NCBI GenBank assembly: GCA_021286985.1
Contig: JAJTBJ010000001.1
Location: 1 to 55,121, forward strand
Direction of reading: 5' to 3'
DNA: 55,121 bases
Source of the DNA: Propionibacteriales bacterium
Lineage (GTDB): Bacteria; Actinomycetota; Actinomycetes; Propionibacteriales; Propionibacteriaceae
Below, in pieces: positions 16,773-29,908 of this stretch. Positions within the stretch are counted from its first letter, which is position 1. Each line of letters begins with the position of its first letter. A program made the translations under genes and the position numbers. The notes beneath the pieces were generated by a model, which saw only the letters and a list, made by a program, of their open reading frames with translations, was not told the origin of the DNA and ran no database searches.

Positions 16773-18920
16773 TCAGGCTTCGGTATCGGTGGGCGTGTCC
16801 GGCGACACCGGCACCCGGCGTGGGCTGGTGCGCACGTCGGCAGCGAAGATCGCCACGGTCCGAGCAGGCAGGTCCACGGTGGCACCGGGGCTGAGCCGCT
16901 TGCGGGGGAGTTCATGGGTTTCACCGGTGTGGGTGATCAGTTGGTACCCCTCCGCCCACGGTGCGCCCGGCAGCGACACCTCGATCGGAGCGGCACCGGC
17001 ATGGAAGATCACCAGCAGACCGGTGGAGGCATCGCTGAGATACAGCCCCAGGGTGCGGCGGCCCTGGTCGTGCCAGGCGTCGGTGGTCATCTCCACGCCG
17101 AGTTCGGTGAACCAGGCCACCGGGGAGCGTCCCAGGCGATGGCCGTCGGCGGTGGTGACCTCGCCGTGTCGGCGCCACTGCTCAGGACGCAGCAGCGGGT
17201 GCTCGCGGCGCAGCGCCAGCAGGCTGCGGGTGAGTTCGTGCTGCGGCTCCCAGCCGGCATCGATGTTCCAGTGCACCCACGACAGCGGTGAATCCTGGCA
17301 ATAGGCGTTGTTATTACCCGACTGGGTGCGTCCGAACTCGTCGCCGGCGGTGATCATCGGCACACCAGCGCTGAGCAGCAAGGTGGCCATCATGTTGCGG
17401 GCGGTCCGCTGGCGGGCGGCATTGATCGCCGGATCGTCGGTCTCGCCCTCGTAACCGTGGTTGTCGGAGCGGTTGTCATCGGCGCCGTCACGATTGTGCT
17501 CGGCGTTGGCCTCGTTGTGCTTGAGGTTGTAGGTGGTCAGATCACGCAGCGTGAATCCGTCATGGGCGGTGATGAAGTTCAACGACGCGGTGACCGGACG
17601 TCCGGAGTGGTCGAAGATGTCGGAGGATCCGCTCAGGCGAGTGGCCAACTCCTGGACCCCGCCGGTGGCGCCTCGCCAGAAATCGCGGGTGAACCCACGG
17701 AAGCGGTCATTCCATTCGGTCCAACCCACACCCCATCGACCCACCTGGTAGCCGTAAGGCCCCATGTCCCACGGCTCGGCGATCATCACTTTGTCGGCCA
17801 GGACGGGGTCGGCGGCGATCGCCTGCTTGAACGGGTGCTGCTGATCGACGTGGTGGTGGGCGTCGCGGATCAGCGTGGTGGCCAGGTCGAAGCGGAAGCC
17901 GTCCACGCCCATGTCGGTGACCCAGTAGCGCAGCGAATCCAGCACCAGCTTCAGCACCGCCGGATTGGCGGTGTCGACGGCATTGCCGCAGCCGGTCACG
18001 TCGTAGTCGTTGCGCTGGTCGTCGGTGAGTCGGTAATAGGCGCCGTGGTCGATACCGCGGAAGCACAGCGTGGGACCTTCGTGGCCGCCTTCGCCGGTGT
18101 GGTTGTAGACCACGTCCAGGATCACCGCGATCCCGGCATCATGCAGCGCGGACACCATCGCCTTGAACTCGGCCACCTGCTCGCCGTTGGTGCCGGCGCT
18201 GGCGTAGGGCGCGTGCGGGGCGAAGAAGCCGAGGGTGTTGTAGCCCCAGTAGTTCACCAACCCGCGTCCGACGATGAACGGCTCGGAAACGTAGTGGTGC
18301 ACGGGCAGCAGTTCGATGGCGGTGATCCCCAACTCGACCAGGTAGTCGATGACCGCGGGATACGCCAGCCCGGCGTAGGTGCCGCGCAGGTGCTCCGGCA
18401 CCGCCGGATGGCTGCGGGTGAAGCCACGCACATGCGCTTCATAGACGCTGAGCTCGGACAAGACCAGGGGACGAGCCAGCGGGGTGGGCGGCTCGGAATC
18501 GGCCACCACCACGCTCAGCGGCACCGAACCGGCCGAGTCGGTGGGATCGAGATCGTAGTTCGACTCGGCGGTGTGGTCGGTGATCGGTCCGGAGTAGTCG
18601 ACGCCACCGGTGATCGCCCGGGCATACGGGTCCAGCAGCAGCCGCGCGGGATTGAAGCGCTGGCCGCTGGGGGGATCCCAGGTGCCGTCCACCCGGAAGC
18701 CGTACCGCTGGCCGGCTTCGACATCGGGCACGAAGGCCGTCCAGACGCCGCCGGCGCCCGCGATCAGATCATGATTGGACTGGGTGCCGGACTCATCGAT
18801 CAGGGCCAACTCGACCCGGGTGGCCCGGGGAGCCCACAGCGAGAAGGTGGTGCCGCCGTCGCCGACGCGCGCGCCGAGGACGGCCCCCTCAGGCGGGGTA
18901 GGACGCACTGATGCGGACAA
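16773..18920 (-). CDS. glgX: glycogen debranching enzyme (isoamylase type)
   Basis: LLLDPYARA, NYWGYNTLGFFAPH, DVVYNHTGEG, VDGFRFDLA, ITAHDGFTL, GNNNAYCQD. Start placed at TTG 18920 after AGGA. Confidence 0.95.
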   Translation of the reverse strand: MSASVRPTPPEGAVLGARVGDGGTTFSLWAPRATRVELALIDESGTQSNHDLIAGAGGVWTAFVPDVEAGQRYGFRVDGTWDPPSGQRFNPARLLLDPYARAITGGVDYSGPITDHTAESNYDLDPTDSAGSVPLSVVVADSEPPTPLARPLVLSELSVYEAHVRGFTRSHPAVPEHLRGTYAGLAYPAVIDYLVELGITAIELLPVHHYVSEPFIVGRGLVNYWGYNTLGFFAPHAPYASAGTNGEQVAEFKAMVSALHDAGIAVILDVVYNHTGEGGHEGPTLCFRGIDHGAYYRLTDDQRNDYDVTGCGNAVDTANPAVLKLVLDSLRYWVTDMGVDGFRFDLATTLIRDAHHHVDQQHPFKQAIAADPVLADKVMIAEPWDMGPYGYQVGRWGVGWTEWNDRFRGFTRDFWRGATGGVQELATRLSGSSDIFDHSGRPVTASLNFITAHDGFTLRDLTTYNLKHNEANAEHNRDGADDNRSDNHGYEGETDDPAINAARQRTARNMMATLLLSAGVPMITAGDEFGRTQSGNNNAYCQDSPLSWVHWNIDAGWEPQHELTRSLLALRREHPLLRPEQWRRHGEVTTADGHRLGRSPVAWFTELGVEMTTDAWHDQGRRTLGLYLSDASTGLLVIFHAGAAPIEVSLPGAPWAEGYQLITHTGETHELPRKRLSPGATVDLPARTVAIFAADVRTSPRRVPVSPDTPTDTEA

Positions 18921-19007
18921 TTTCCTGCTTTCGCTCCGGTTCAGGCAGCCTAGTCTGGCCCATTGGGCAGACAAGGCAGAAACTGCCGGTGGCGGAAGGA
19001 TGAGCAA

Positions 19008-20141
19008 ATGGCGGCGATAGCGAGCGGCGCGCGGGCATATGTCGACCACGCCGCCAGCTCGCCGATGTCGGCTGCGGTGATGGCGGTGATGGCCGAGGCG
19101 ATGGCGTTGGCCGGGAATCCGTCGGCGCTGCACGCCTCCGGACGCCAGGCACGCCGGATGGTCGAGGAGGCCCGCGAGTCGCTGGCCGCTGATGTGGGCG
19201 CCCATCCGAGCGAAGTGATCTTCACGTCCGGAGGAACCGAGGCCAACAATCTGGCCCTCCTCGGCGCCGCTGCACCCGACCAGAAGGTCGTGATCTCCGC
19301 GATCGAACACCCCTCTGTGGCCGACGTCCGGCGGGTGCGTGAGCAGGTGGCTGTGGCCGGCGTCGATGCGTTCGGACGACTGCGATCAGCGGAGTTCGCC
19401 GACCTGGTTGACGGCGCCGCGCTGGCCTCGGTGATGTGGGTGAACAACGAGACCGGGGTGGTCCAGGACGTCGCCGCAGTGGCCGCGCGGGCCCACGCCG
19501 CCGGCGCGATCGCCCACAGCGACGCCGTCCAAGCCCTCGGGCATGTGCCGGTTGACTTCGCCGCGAGCGGCCTGGACCTGCTCAGCCTCAGCGCCCACAA
19601 ACTGGGCGGACCCGTCGGGGTGGGAGCCCTGATCGTGCGGCGCGGGGTTGCGTTGCGGGCGTCCGGCTTCGGCGGCGGCCAGGAGGCAAAGCTGCGCTCC
19701 GGCACCGTACCGGTGGCGCTGGTGGCGGGGTTCGCCGCCGCAGCCAGGGCGGCGATCGCTCGGCGGGAGAGCGAAGCGGCCCGGTTGGAGGCACTGCGCC
19801 GCCAGGTGGCCGCGCTGGGCGGCGTGATCCCGGGCGCGATCGACAACTCGGCCGAGGCGCACAGCCCGGCGATCATCAACCTGACCTTCGCGGGTATCCG
19901 TGCCGACGACGTCCTGCTGCTGCTGGATGCGGCCGGCATCGACGCCTCCACCGGCTCGGCCTGCACCGCGGGAGTGCACCAACCCAGCGAGGTGCTGCTC
20001 GCCATGGGGCGCAGCCGCGAGGACGCCGGTGCAAGCCTGCGGTTCTCCTTCGGGGCGACCACGACCAGCGCCGACATCGATCGGCTGGTCGCCGTCCTGC
20101 CCCACGCCGTAGAGACCGCTCGGCGGGCCGCCGCGACGTAG
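19008..20141 (+). CDS. cysteine desulfurase (IscS/NifS family)
   Basis: [30 protein letters not shown] (PLP Lys), STGSACT (catalytic Cys); directly upstream of mnmA. Confidence 0.92.
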   Translation: MAAIASGARAYVDHAASSPMSAAVMAVMAEAMALAGNPSALHASGRQARRMVEEARESLAADVGAHPSEVIFTSGGTEANNLALLGAAAPDQKVVISAIEHPSVADVRRVREQVAVAGVDAFGRLRSAEFADLVDGAALASVMWVNNETGVVQDVAAVAARAHAAGAIAHSDAVQALGHVPVDFAASGLDLLSLSAHKLGGPVGVGALIVRRGVALRASGFGGGQEAKLRSGTVPVALVAGFAAAARAAIARRESEAARLEALRRQVAALGGVIPGAIDNSAEAHSPAIINLTFAGIRADDVLLLLDAAGIDASTGSACTAGVHQPSEVLLAMGRSREDAGASLRFSFGATTTSADIDRLVAVLPHAVETARRAAAT

Positions 20142-20170
20142 ACTCCTACGGATCTTGGCAAGGAGTACCG

Positions 20171-21247
20171 ATGCGAATCTTGGCTGCGATGTCGGGCGGA
20201 GTGGACTCCGCGGTGGCGGCGGCGCGCCTGGTCGACGCCGGTCACGACGTCGTCGGCGTCCATCTGGCCTTGTCGCGCAACCCCGAACTGTTCCGAAGCG
20301 GGTCACGCGGCTGCTGCTCGATCGCCGACGCCAATGACGCCCGTCGAGCCGCCGACGTGTTGGGCATCCCGTTCTATGTCTGGGACTTCTCCGAGAGGTT
20401 CGCCGAGGACGTCGTCGTTGACTTCGTGGCCGAATACGCCGCCGGGCGAACGCCCAACCCGTGCCTGCGCTGCAACGAGAAGATCAAGTTCGCCGCCGTC
20501 CTCGAGCGCGGGGTGGCCTTGGGTTTTGATCGCGTCGCCACCGGGCATTACGCCCGCCTTGAGCGCAGCGACGGTGCGGTGTCGCTCTACCGGGCCGCCG
20601 AGCCGGCCAAGGATCAGTCCTATGTGCTCGGCGTGCTCACCGGTGAGCAGCTCAGTCGCTGCGAGTTCCCGCTCGGGGAGGTCACGGCCAAAGCCGCCCT
20701 GCGCGCCGAGGCAGCCGAGCGCGGCCTATTGGTGGCAGACAAGCCCGATAGCCACGACATTTGCTTCATTCCCACCGGCGACACCGCCGGCTTCCTGGAC
20801 GACCGGCTCGGCCAGCGGACCGGAGACATCGTCGATGTGGACGGCGAGGTGCTGGGCGCTCATCAGGGCTACCACCGCTACACGGTCGGCCAGCGGCACG
20901 GGCTGCATCTGTCGGTGCCCGCCTCCGACGGACGTCCGCGGTACGTGGTGGGGTTGGACCCGGTCGCCAACACCGTCACTGTCGGTCCGAGACAGGCCCT
21001 GGCCGTCCGCACGATCAGCGCCATCCGTCCGACGTGGACCGAGGCGCCGGTCCACGGCTCCTGGCGAGGACTGGTGCAGGTGCGCGCCCACGCCGAGGCG
21101 GTACCGGCCGATTTCACCGCGCGCGCCGATCGGCTGGAGATCGAGCTGGAGGCGCCGATGTTTGGAGTCTCGCCCGGCCAGGCCGCCGTCCATTACGACG
21201 GTGAGCGTGTGGTCGGAGCGGCCACCATCGCCGCGACGGGGGCCTGA
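20171..21247 (+). CDS. mnmA: tRNA 2-thiouridine(34) synthase
   Basis: [46 protein letters not shown]. Confidence 0.97.
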   Translation: MRILAAMSGGVDSAVAAARLVDAGHDVVGVHLALSRNPELFRSGSRGCCSIADANDARRAADVLGIPFYVWDFSERFAEDVVVDFVAEYAAGRTPNPCLRCNEKIKFAAVLERGVALGFDRVATGHYARLERSDGAVSLYRAAEPAKDQSYVLGVLTGEQLSRCEFPLGEVTAKAALRAEAAERGLLVADKPDSHDICFIPTGDTAGFLDDRLGQRTGDIVDVDGEVLGAHQGYHRYTVGQRHGLHLSVPASDGRPRYVVGLDPVANTVTVGPRQALAVRTISAIRPTWTEAPVHGSWRGLVQVRAHAEAVPADFTARADRLEIELEAPMFGVSPGQAAVHYDGERVVGAATIAATGA

Positions 21248-22249
21248 ATGGTGAGCTTCACCGGGCTGGGTTCGCTGCCCGGCACCGATCTCGGGGCGGC
21301 GGTGCGGATGACCTTCGACGCCGTTCCCGACCTTCCCTACCTGCCAGAACTGCCGGCCCGAGGCCCCTGGGCCCAACTCGTCGGACGTGGGCTGGGGCTG
21401 CCGTCCGGACTGGCCGCCGAACTGCAGGCGGGCGAATGGCGACTGGCGGATGCCCCCGGCGTCGATCAGCGACGTGCCCGCGCGACCTGGCGCGACGACC
21501 TGGAGGCGTTGGAGGAGAACGCGCAAGGATTCGCCGGCCGATTCAAGGTGGCGGTGGCCGGTCCGTGGACCCTGGCCGCCAATCTTGGGGTGGCGCACGT
21601 CGGCCGGGTGTTGGCCGACCATGGTGCCCGTCGCGACCTGGCCCAATCGCTGGCCGAGAGCGTCGCCGAACTTCTGGTCGACCTCCAGCGGCGGCTGCCA
21701 GGGGCGGAACTGCTGGTGCAGCTGGACGAGCCATCGCTGCCGGCGGTGGCCGCCGGTGCGGTGCCGACCCCGGGAGGATTCTTCCGGCATCGGGCGATCG
21801 ATCTGCCCGAGCTGATCACTGCGCTGGGCTGGGTGGTCTCCGCAGCGCAGCGGGCCGGCGCCCGGACGGTGCTGCACAGTTGCGCGCCCTGGGCCGGGCC
21901 GGGGACGGCGTGGCCGTTGCCCACGTTGGCCGACCGTGCCGGTGTGGCGGCAATCAGTCTGGACGTGGACACCCTGAGCTCCAATGACCTCGACCAATGG
22001 GGCGCCTGGCTGGACGCGGGGCTGGTCGCCTATCTCGGGGTGCTGCCGACCACCGGTGAGGTGTGGGCCGTGGACGCCCTGACAACGCGGACGCTGCGGT
22101 TACTGGACCGTTTGGGCAACCCGGATCCGGCATCCCTGGTGCTCACCCCTGCCTGCGGCATGGCCTCCTGGACGCCCACCCAGGTGACCCGCGCGTTGAC
22201 CGCCCTTCGTCGGGTCAGCGAGCGGGTCGCGGAGGAAGCCGCCCGGTAG
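21248..22249 (+). CDS. cobalamin-independent methionine synthase II-like family protein (actual function uncertain)
   Basis: TGLGSLPG, PYLPELPARG, GPWTLAA, VQLDEP, HSCA, LTPACG; conserved mnmA-ligA neighbourhood. Confidence 0.8.
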   Translation: MVSFTGLGSLPGTDLGAAVRMTFDAVPDLPYLPELPARGPWAQLVGRGLGLPSGLAAELQAGEWRLADAPGVDQRRARATWRDDLEALEENAQGFAGRFKVAVAGPWTLAANLGVAHVGRVLADHGARRDLAQSLAESVAELLVDLQRRLPGAELLVQLDEPSLPAVAAGAVPTPGGFFRHRAIDLPELITALGWVVSAAQRAGARTVLHSCAPWAGPGTAWPLPTLADRAGVAAISLDVDTLSSNDLDQWGAWLDAGLVAYLGVLPTTGEVWAVDALTTRTLRLLDRLGNPDPASLVLTPACGMASWTPTQVTRALTALRRVSERVAEEAAR

Positions 22250-22275
22250 CCGTACACGCGGGCTAGCCTTCGGCT

Positions 22276-23100
22276 ATGAAGGTGTCGCGCCGGGTGCTTC
22301 TGGCCAGCGCCGGTGTGGGCGCGGGCGCTGTCGCGGTAGGTGCAATCGGCTCGGCGTGGGCGAACGGATTGCTCCAGATCCCCGGGGCTGCGAACCCGTC
22401 GGTGTCCCCGAGTGTGCCGGCCAGTTCGCCGCCCCCTTCCGGTGGCGCGCCGAGCGGGTCGTCCGATGGGCCGCTGCTGGCGGTTCCGCGACCGACGATC
22501 CTGCCGCGCTCGGTGTGGGCTGGGCAGCGTTGTCCGGTGATGGGGCAGCTCGCCGCCGAGGACGACGTCCGCTTTCTCCTGGTGCATCACACCGAGGGAC
22601 GCAACGACTACCGTCGCGATGAGGTCGCTTCGATGCTGCGCGGTTGGTACAGCTATCACACCGGACCGGCCAAGAAGTGGCCCGACATCGCCTACAACTT
22701 CTTGATCGATCGCTACGGACGAATCTGGGAGGGGCGTCACGGCAGCCTGAACTCCGCAGTGCGTGGCAGCGCCACCGGCGGCAGCCAGGGTTTCGACCAG
22801 AAGATCTGCTTCATGGGCACCTTCAACAAGATCGTGCCGACGCCGGCGGCGATGCGGGCGGGGGTCACGCTGATCGCCTGGCTGGCCGCCCGCGAGCGGA
22901 TCAACCTCGACGCCGGGACGTCAGTGAGTTTCGTCTCGCGGGGATCGAATCGTTGGCCCCGCGGCACAGTGGTGACCACAGATCCGGTGGCCGGCCACCG
23001 CGACATGTCGCAGACCTCCTGCCCCGGCGACAAGCTCTACCCGCTGGTGCGCTCCTGGCTGCGGGTGGAGGCGGCCGCGCTGGTGGCTGAGTATCGCTGA
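22276..23100 (+). CDS. Tat-exported N-acetylmuramoyl-L-alanine amidase (Amidase_2/PGRP-like)
   Basis: SRRVLL twin-arginine signal, Pro/Ser linker, VHHT, WPDIAYNFLIDRYGRIWEGR, GHRD...TSCPG (His/His/Cys Zn ligands). Confidence 0.88.
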   Translation: MKVSRRVLLASAGVGAGAVAVGAIGSAWANGLLQIPGAANPSVSPSVPASSPPPSGGAPSGSSDGPLLAVPRPTILPRSVWAGQRCPVMGQLAAEDDVRFLLVHHTEGRNDYRRDEVASMLRGWYSYHTGPAKKWPDIAYNFLIDRYGRIWEGRHGSLNSAVRGSATGGSQGFDQKICFMGTFNKIVPTPAAMRAGVTLIAWLAARERINLDAGTSVSFVSRGSNRWPRGTVVTTDPVAGHRDMSQTSCPGDKLYPLVRSWLRVEAAALVAEYR

Positions 23101-23135
23101 GGTGTGGAGAGGCAACTGTCCGCAGCGGGCGCTAG

Positions 23136-25208
<2,073 letters not shown>

Positions 25209-25217
25209 GATCGGCCC

Positions 25218-25421
25218 GTGCCCGAAGGCTTGAACTCCAATCTGAACCTCAACGAGGGTTCGCCGCCGCGCGTCCGTCCGGTGATGGGGGAGTGGGGACC
25301 TGTGGAAGTGCCCAACACCCGCACCAAACGGCGGCAGCGCTGGTACGCGATCGCCGCAGCGGTCCTGGCGCTGGCTGCTGTCGTCGGCCTGGGCTACTAC
25401 ATGTGGACCCTGTTGCGCTGA
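25218..25421 (+). CDS. small single-pass membrane protein of unknown function
   Basis: 67 aa; basic KRRQR followed by a C-terminal hydrophobic helix; TAGGAT hexamer 6 nt before the GTG. Confidence 0.65.
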   Translation: MPEGLNSNLNLNEGSPPRVRPVMGEWGPVEVPNTRTKRRQRWYAIAAAVLALAAVVGLGYYMWTLLR

Positions 25422-25422
25422 C

Positions 25423-25459
25423 GGCCGACGGGCCGCGGGCCGTGCGCCCTCAGTCGGCC
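25423..25459. terminator. GC-rich stem-loop between convergent genes
   Basis: GGCCGAC-GGGC pairs with GCCC-(tca)-GTCGGCC. Confidence 0.45.
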
Positions 25460-25463
25460 AGGG

Positions 25464-26084
25464 TCACAGCGCCAGCGCGGCCAGGTGTCGCAACCGCGCC
25501 AACTCGGACTTGATGAACTCCGGGCCACCGCGACGAGCCAGCACGATCGCCGCGTCCCGCTTCAACGGCGCGACCGCGATCAGGGTTTCGCCCCAGCCGG
25601 GAATCCAGCCGTCGGGCAACTCCTCGACCCGGGCTTCGCTGAGATCGCCGAGCGCGGCGACCCCGGCAGCGTCCAGATCGGGTGCCATCTCCGAGCGGGC
25701 CAACACCGCCGAGGAGTTGCGGTCGATCAGTACCGCCCAGGCCACCCGGAAGACTGCGGGCGCCTGAGCGGTGAGCAGTTCTTCTGCATGCTCGGGGTCC
25801 TCGGTCATCGCGTTGAGCAGATCGACGTCGGCTTGCAGGCCCCAGGCCTCGGGGTAATGGGAGACCCAGATCACTTCGACCCCGGGCTCGGACTCACACG
25901 CGGTCACCAAAGTGTCGGCCGCCACCCCGGTGGGGAGCTCGATCATGAAGTCGTCGATGGCGTAGCCCTCGTACTTCTCCACGATCTCCACCGCCATGAT
26001 GTCGGCCTGGGCATGACCCATCGCACTGGCGACCGCACCCAGGGATCCGGGACGGTCAGGAAGAGCTACTCGCACCAAGAACAC
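25464..26084 (-). CDS. ACT-domain (amino acid-binding) protein
   Basis: FLVRVALPDRPGSLGAVASAMG..ADI ACT motif; C-terminal RRGGPEFIKSELARLRHLA; typical ligA-gatC location. Start placed at GTG 26084. Confidence 0.88.
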   Translation of the reverse strand: MFLVRVALPDRPGSLGAVASAMGHAQADIMAVEIVEKYEGYAIDDFMIELPTGVAADTLVTACESEPGVEVIWVSHYPEAWGLQADVDLLNAMTEDPEHAEELLTAQAPAVFRVAWAVLIDRNSSAVLARSEMAPDLDAAGVAALGDLSEARVEELPDGWIPGWGETLIAVAPLKRDAAIVLARRGGPEFIKSELARLRHLAALAL

Positions 26085-26192
26085 CGTGACAGTGTGGCGC
26101 ATCGGCGTTACAAACGCGTCAATCACCCCCGTTAGACTGAGACGCCGCGCCGGATCTGGTCCGGCCGAATCGAGTCGAGCAGGAGTCTCAGG

Positions 26193-26489
26193 GTGGCTTT
26201 GACCGCAGCCGAGGTGGCCAGATTGGGCGAGTTGGCCCGAATCAGGCTGACCGAGTCCGAAACCGAACTGCTCGCCCCGCAACTGGATGTGATCCTGGCA
26301 GCGGTGGCGCGAGTGACCGAGGTGGCCACCCCCGACGTACCGCCGACGTCGCACGCGATTCCGCTCACCAATGTGTTCCGCGATGACGTGGTGGTGCCCT
26401 CGCTGCCGCGTGCGGACGTCCTGGCCGCGGCGCCGTCGGTCGAGGACGGACGTTTCCGCGTGCCGCGGATTCTGGGGGAGGACGCATGA
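26193..26489 (+). CDS. gatC: Asp/Glu-tRNA amidotransferase subunit C
   Basis: [25 protein letters not shown]; AGGAG RBS. Confidence 0.96.
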   Translation: MALTAAEVARLGELARIRLTESETELLAPQLDVILAAVARVTEVATPDVPPTSHAIPLTNVFRDDVVVPSLPRADVLAAAPSVEDGRFRVPRILGEDA

Positions 26490-28012
26490 GCGAGTTGCTG
26501 ACCACCTCCGCCGCTGCGCTCAGCGACCGCCTGGCCGCCAAGGAGCTGAGCGCTCGCGAACTCACCACCGCCTGCCTGGAGCAGATCGACCAGGTCGACG
26601 ACAAGGTGCGCGCCTTCCTGCATGTCGACGGCGACCGTGCCCTGGCCGCAGCCGGGCGGGTCGATGAGCAGCGGGCCGCCGGCGCGTCCCTGCCCCGGCT
26701 GGCCGGAGTCCCGCTGGCGATGAAGGACATCTTCACCATGACCGGCGCCCCGACGACCTGCGGCTCGCGAATCCTGGAGGGCTGGATTCCGCCGTACAAC
26801 TCGACCATCACCGAGAAGGTGCTGGCCGCCGGCATCGTGGTGCTCGGCAAGACCAACATGGACGAGTTCGCGATGGGATCGTCCACCGAGAACTCCGGCT
26901 ACTTCACCACCCACAACCCGTGGGATCTGACCCGGATCCCTGGCGGCTCCGGCGGCGGCTCCGCCGCGGCGCTGGCGTCCTTCGAGGCTCCGCTGGCGTT
27001 GGGTACCGACACGGGTGGCTCGATCCGTCAGCCGGCGTCTGTGACCGGCACGGTCGGCGTGAAGCCCACCTATGGCGCCACGTCCCGTTACGGGGTGGTG
27101 GCGATGGCCTCCAGCCTGGACACCCCCGGCCCGTGCGCCCGGACGGTGCTGGACGCCGCCCTGCTCCACGAAGTGATCGCCGGCTGGGATCCGCGGGATT
27201 CCACCTCGATCAACGCCCCCGTGCCTGATGTCGTCGCCGCTGCCCGGCACGCCGACGTGAAGGGTCTGAAGATCGCCGTGGTCCGTGAACTCGGCGGTGA
27301 GGGCTATCAGCCCGGGGTCGAGCAGCGGTTCAACGAGGCGTTGGCGGTATTGGCCGGCCTCGGTGCTCAGATCACCGAGGTGTCCTGCCCGAGCTTCGAC
27401 TACGCCCTGAGCGCCTACTACCTGATCATGCCCAGCGAAGTCAGCTCCAACCTGGCCCGCTTCGACGCCATGCGCTACGGCCTGCGGGTCGGCGATGACG
27501 GCACCCGCAGCACCGAAGAGGTGATGAACCTCACTCGGGGCACCGGTTTCGGAGCCGAGGCCAAACGCCGGATCATCATCGGTACCTACGCGCTGTCCTC
27601 GGGCTACTACGACGCCTACTACGGCTCGGCGCAGAAGGTTCGCACCCTGATCAGCCGGGACTTCGACGCGGCTTTCGCTCACGCCGACGTGCTGGTCTCG
27701 CCGACCACGCCGACCACAGCCTTCACCATCGGTGAGCGGGTGGACGATCCGCTGGCGATGTACAAGGCCGACCTGTGCACGATCCCGTCCAACCTGGCGG
27801 GGAACTGTGCGATGTCGGTGCCGGTCGGGTTGAGCCCTGACGACGGACTGCCGGTGGGCTTGCAGATCATGGCCCCGGCGTTGGCCGACGACCGGCTGTA
27901 TCGGGTCGGGGCGGCGCTGGAGCAGGCGCTGACTCAGCAGTGGGGCGGCCCGCTGCTCGACACTTTGGCCACCGGTCCGGCCGGTGCGCACCTGCGGGGA
28001 GGCCTGCGATGA
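26486..28012 (+). CDS. gatA: Asp/Glu-tRNA amidotransferase subunit A
   Basis: [38 protein letters not shown] amidase signature. Confidence 0.97.
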   Translation: MSELLTTSAAALSDRLAAKELSARELTTACLEQIDQVDDKVRAFLHVDGDRALAAAGRVDEQRAAGASLPRLAGVPLAMKDIFTMTGAPTTCGSRILEGWIPPYNSTITEKVLAAGIVVLGKTNMDEFAMGSSTENSGYFTTHNPWDLTRIPGGSGGGSAAALASFEAPLALGTDTGGSIRQPASVTGTVGVKPTYGATSRYGVVAMASSLDTPGPCARTVLDAALLHEVIAGWDPRDSTSINAPVPDVVAAARHADVKGLKIAVVRELGGEGYQPGVEQRFNEALAVLAGLGAQITEVSCPSFDYALSAYYLIMPSEVSSNLARFDAMRYGLRVGDDGTRSTEEVMNLTRGTGFGAEAKRRIIIGTYALSSGYYDAYYGSAQKVRTLISRDFDAAFAHADVLVSPTTPTTAFTIGERVDDPLAMYKADLCTIPSNLAGNCAMSVPVGLSPDDGLPVGLQIMAPALADDRLYRVGAALEQALTQQWGGPLLDTLATGPAGAHLRGGLR

Positions 28013-29499
28013 GTGATGCGTTGATGTCCTTCGATGATGCGATGGCCGCCTTCGATCCCGTCCTGGGACTGGAGGTGCACGTGGAGTTGAACACCGCTAC
28101 CAAGATGTTCTGCGGCTGCGCCAATGTCTTCGGCTCCGAGCCCAACACCAACACCTGCCCGGTCTGCCTGGGGCTGCCCGGCTCGCTGCCGGTGGTCAAC
28201 GCGAAGGCGATTGAATCGGCGATCCGGATCGGTCTCTCGCTGGGCTGCGACATCGCTGAATGGTGCCGGTTCGCCCGGAAGAACTACTTCTATCCCGACA
28301 TGACCAAGGACTTCCAGACCTCGCAGTACGACGAGCCGATCGCCTTCGACGGCCGGGTCGAGTTGGAGGTGGACGGGGAGACCTTCGTCATCGAGATCGA
28401 GCGGGCGCACATGGAGGAGGACGCCGGCAAGCTGGTGCATGCCGGTGGCGTCACCGGCCGGATCGGTGATGCGGAGTACTCGCTGGTCGACTACAACCGT
28501 GCCGGAACGCCGCTGATCGAGATCGTGACTCGTCCGATCCGTGGCACCGGAGCCAAGGCGCCGGCGGTGGCGAAGGCCTACGTGTCCTACCTGCGCGATC
28601 TGATGCGAGCGCTGGGGGTCTCCGACGTCCGGATGGAACAGGGCTCGTTGCGCTGTGACGCCAATGTGTCGCTGATGCCCACCGGTGAGACCGAGTTGGG
28701 CCTGCGGACCGAGACCAAGAATGTGAACTCGCTGCGCAGCATCGAGGCCGCCTTGACCTACGAGATCCGACGGCAGGCCGCGGTGCTGGCTGCGGGTGGC
28801 AAGGTGCATCAGGAGACTCGGCACTGGCACGAGGAGGGCTACACCACGCCGGGCCGGTCGAAGGAACAGGCGGAGGACTACCGCTACTTCCCCGAGCCGG
28901 ATCTGGTGCCAGTGGCGCCGAGTCGGGAATGGGTGGAGGAGTTGCGGGCCACGCTGCCCGAAGCTCCGGACGCCAAGCGCAAGCGGCTGCAGGCCGCCTG
29001 GGGCTTCGCCGATCAGGAGTTCGCCGACATCGTCAATGCCGGGGCGCTGGATCTGATCGAGGCCACGGTGGCGGCCGGAGCGACTGCCCCGACGGCACGC
29101 AAATGGTGGCTGACCGAATTGGCTCGCCGCGCCAACGAGACCGGCGTCGAGCTGTCCGAGTTGGCGATCACCCCGACCCAGGTGGCTGCGGTTCAGGCGC
29201 TGGTCGAGGCCGGTACCGTCAACGACAAGTTGGCTCGTCAGGTGATCGACGGCGTGCTGGCCGGCGAAGGTGAACCGGCCGAGGTGGTCGCGGGTCGCGG
29301 TCTGGCGGTGGTTTCCGATGACGGCGCTTTGATCAGCGCGGTTGATCGTGCGATTGCAGCCAACCCGGACGTGGCGGCGAAGATTCGTGAAGGCAAGATG
29401 GCAGCGGCGGGGGCACTGATCGGCGCGGTGATGAAGGACCTGCGTGGACAGGCGGATGCTGCGAGGGTGCGCGAGTTGATCGTGGAACGTCTTGGCTGA
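28009..29499 (+). CDS. gatB: Asp/Glu-tRNA amidotransferase subunit B
   Basis: [37 protein letters not shown] at 28009 overlaps the gatA stop. Confidence 0.97.
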   Translation: MSDALMSFDDAMAAFDPVLGLEVHVELNTATKMFCGCANVFGSEPNTNTCPVCLGLPGSLPVVNAKAIESAIRIGLSLGCDIAEWCRFARKNYFYPDMTKDFQTSQYDEPIAFDGRVELEVDGETFVIEIERAHMEEDAGKLVHAGGVTGRIGDAEYSLVDYNRAGTPLIEIVTRPIRGTGAKAPAVAKAYVSYLRDLMRALGVSDVRMEQGSLRCDANVSLMPTGETELGLRTETKNVNSLRSIEAALTYEIRRQAAVLAAGGKVHQETRHWHEEGYTTPGRSKEQAEDYRYFPEPDLVPVAPSREWVEELRATLPEAPDAKRKRLQAAWGFADQEFADIVNAGALDLIEATVAAGATAPTARKWWLTELARRANETGVELSELAITPTQVAAVQALVEAGTVNDKLARQVIDGVLAGEGEPAEVVAGRGLAVVSDDGALISAVDRAIAANPDVAAKIREGKMAAAGALIGAVMKDLRGQADAARVRELIVERLG

Positions 29500-29905
29500 C
29501 GCCACCCCCGACGAGCCGGTGGATCTCACCCCCGGCGGAGACGTGCGCGCCGACGTCCAGCTCGATCCACCGACCCGCCGGGCCTTGTGGTGGCTGGTGG
29601 CTCCGGTGCTGCTGGTGCACCTGGTGGCGCTCTACCTGCCCGGAAACCCGTCGATCCCCGAACCGCTATATGTCGACAAATTGGTGCATGCGGCGCTGTT
29701 CGGAGTGCCGACCTGGCTGCTGGGACGGCTGACCCGACGACCCTGGTTGATCGCGTCGATCTTCGCAGCGCACGCGGTGTTCAGTGAGGTGGCACAGCTG
29801 CTCTGGGTGCCCGGACGAGACGGTGACATCTTCGATGCGCTGGCCGACCTGATCGGCATCGCGATCGCGTTGGTCTGGTTGCTGCGAACTCGAGACGATC
29901 GCTGA
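29492..29905 (+). CDS. VanZ-like membrane protein
   Basis: DKLVHAALF and [19 protein letters not shown] motifs; about 4 hydrophobic segments; start codon uncertain. Confidence 0.75.
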   Translation: MADATPDEPVDLTPGGDVRADVQLDPPTRRALWWLVAPVLLVHLVALYLPGNPSIPEPLYVDKLVHAALFGVPTWLLGRLTRRPWLIASIFAAHAVFSEVAQLLWVPGRDGDIFDALADLIGIAIALVWLLRTRDDR

Positions 29906-29908
29906 GCC

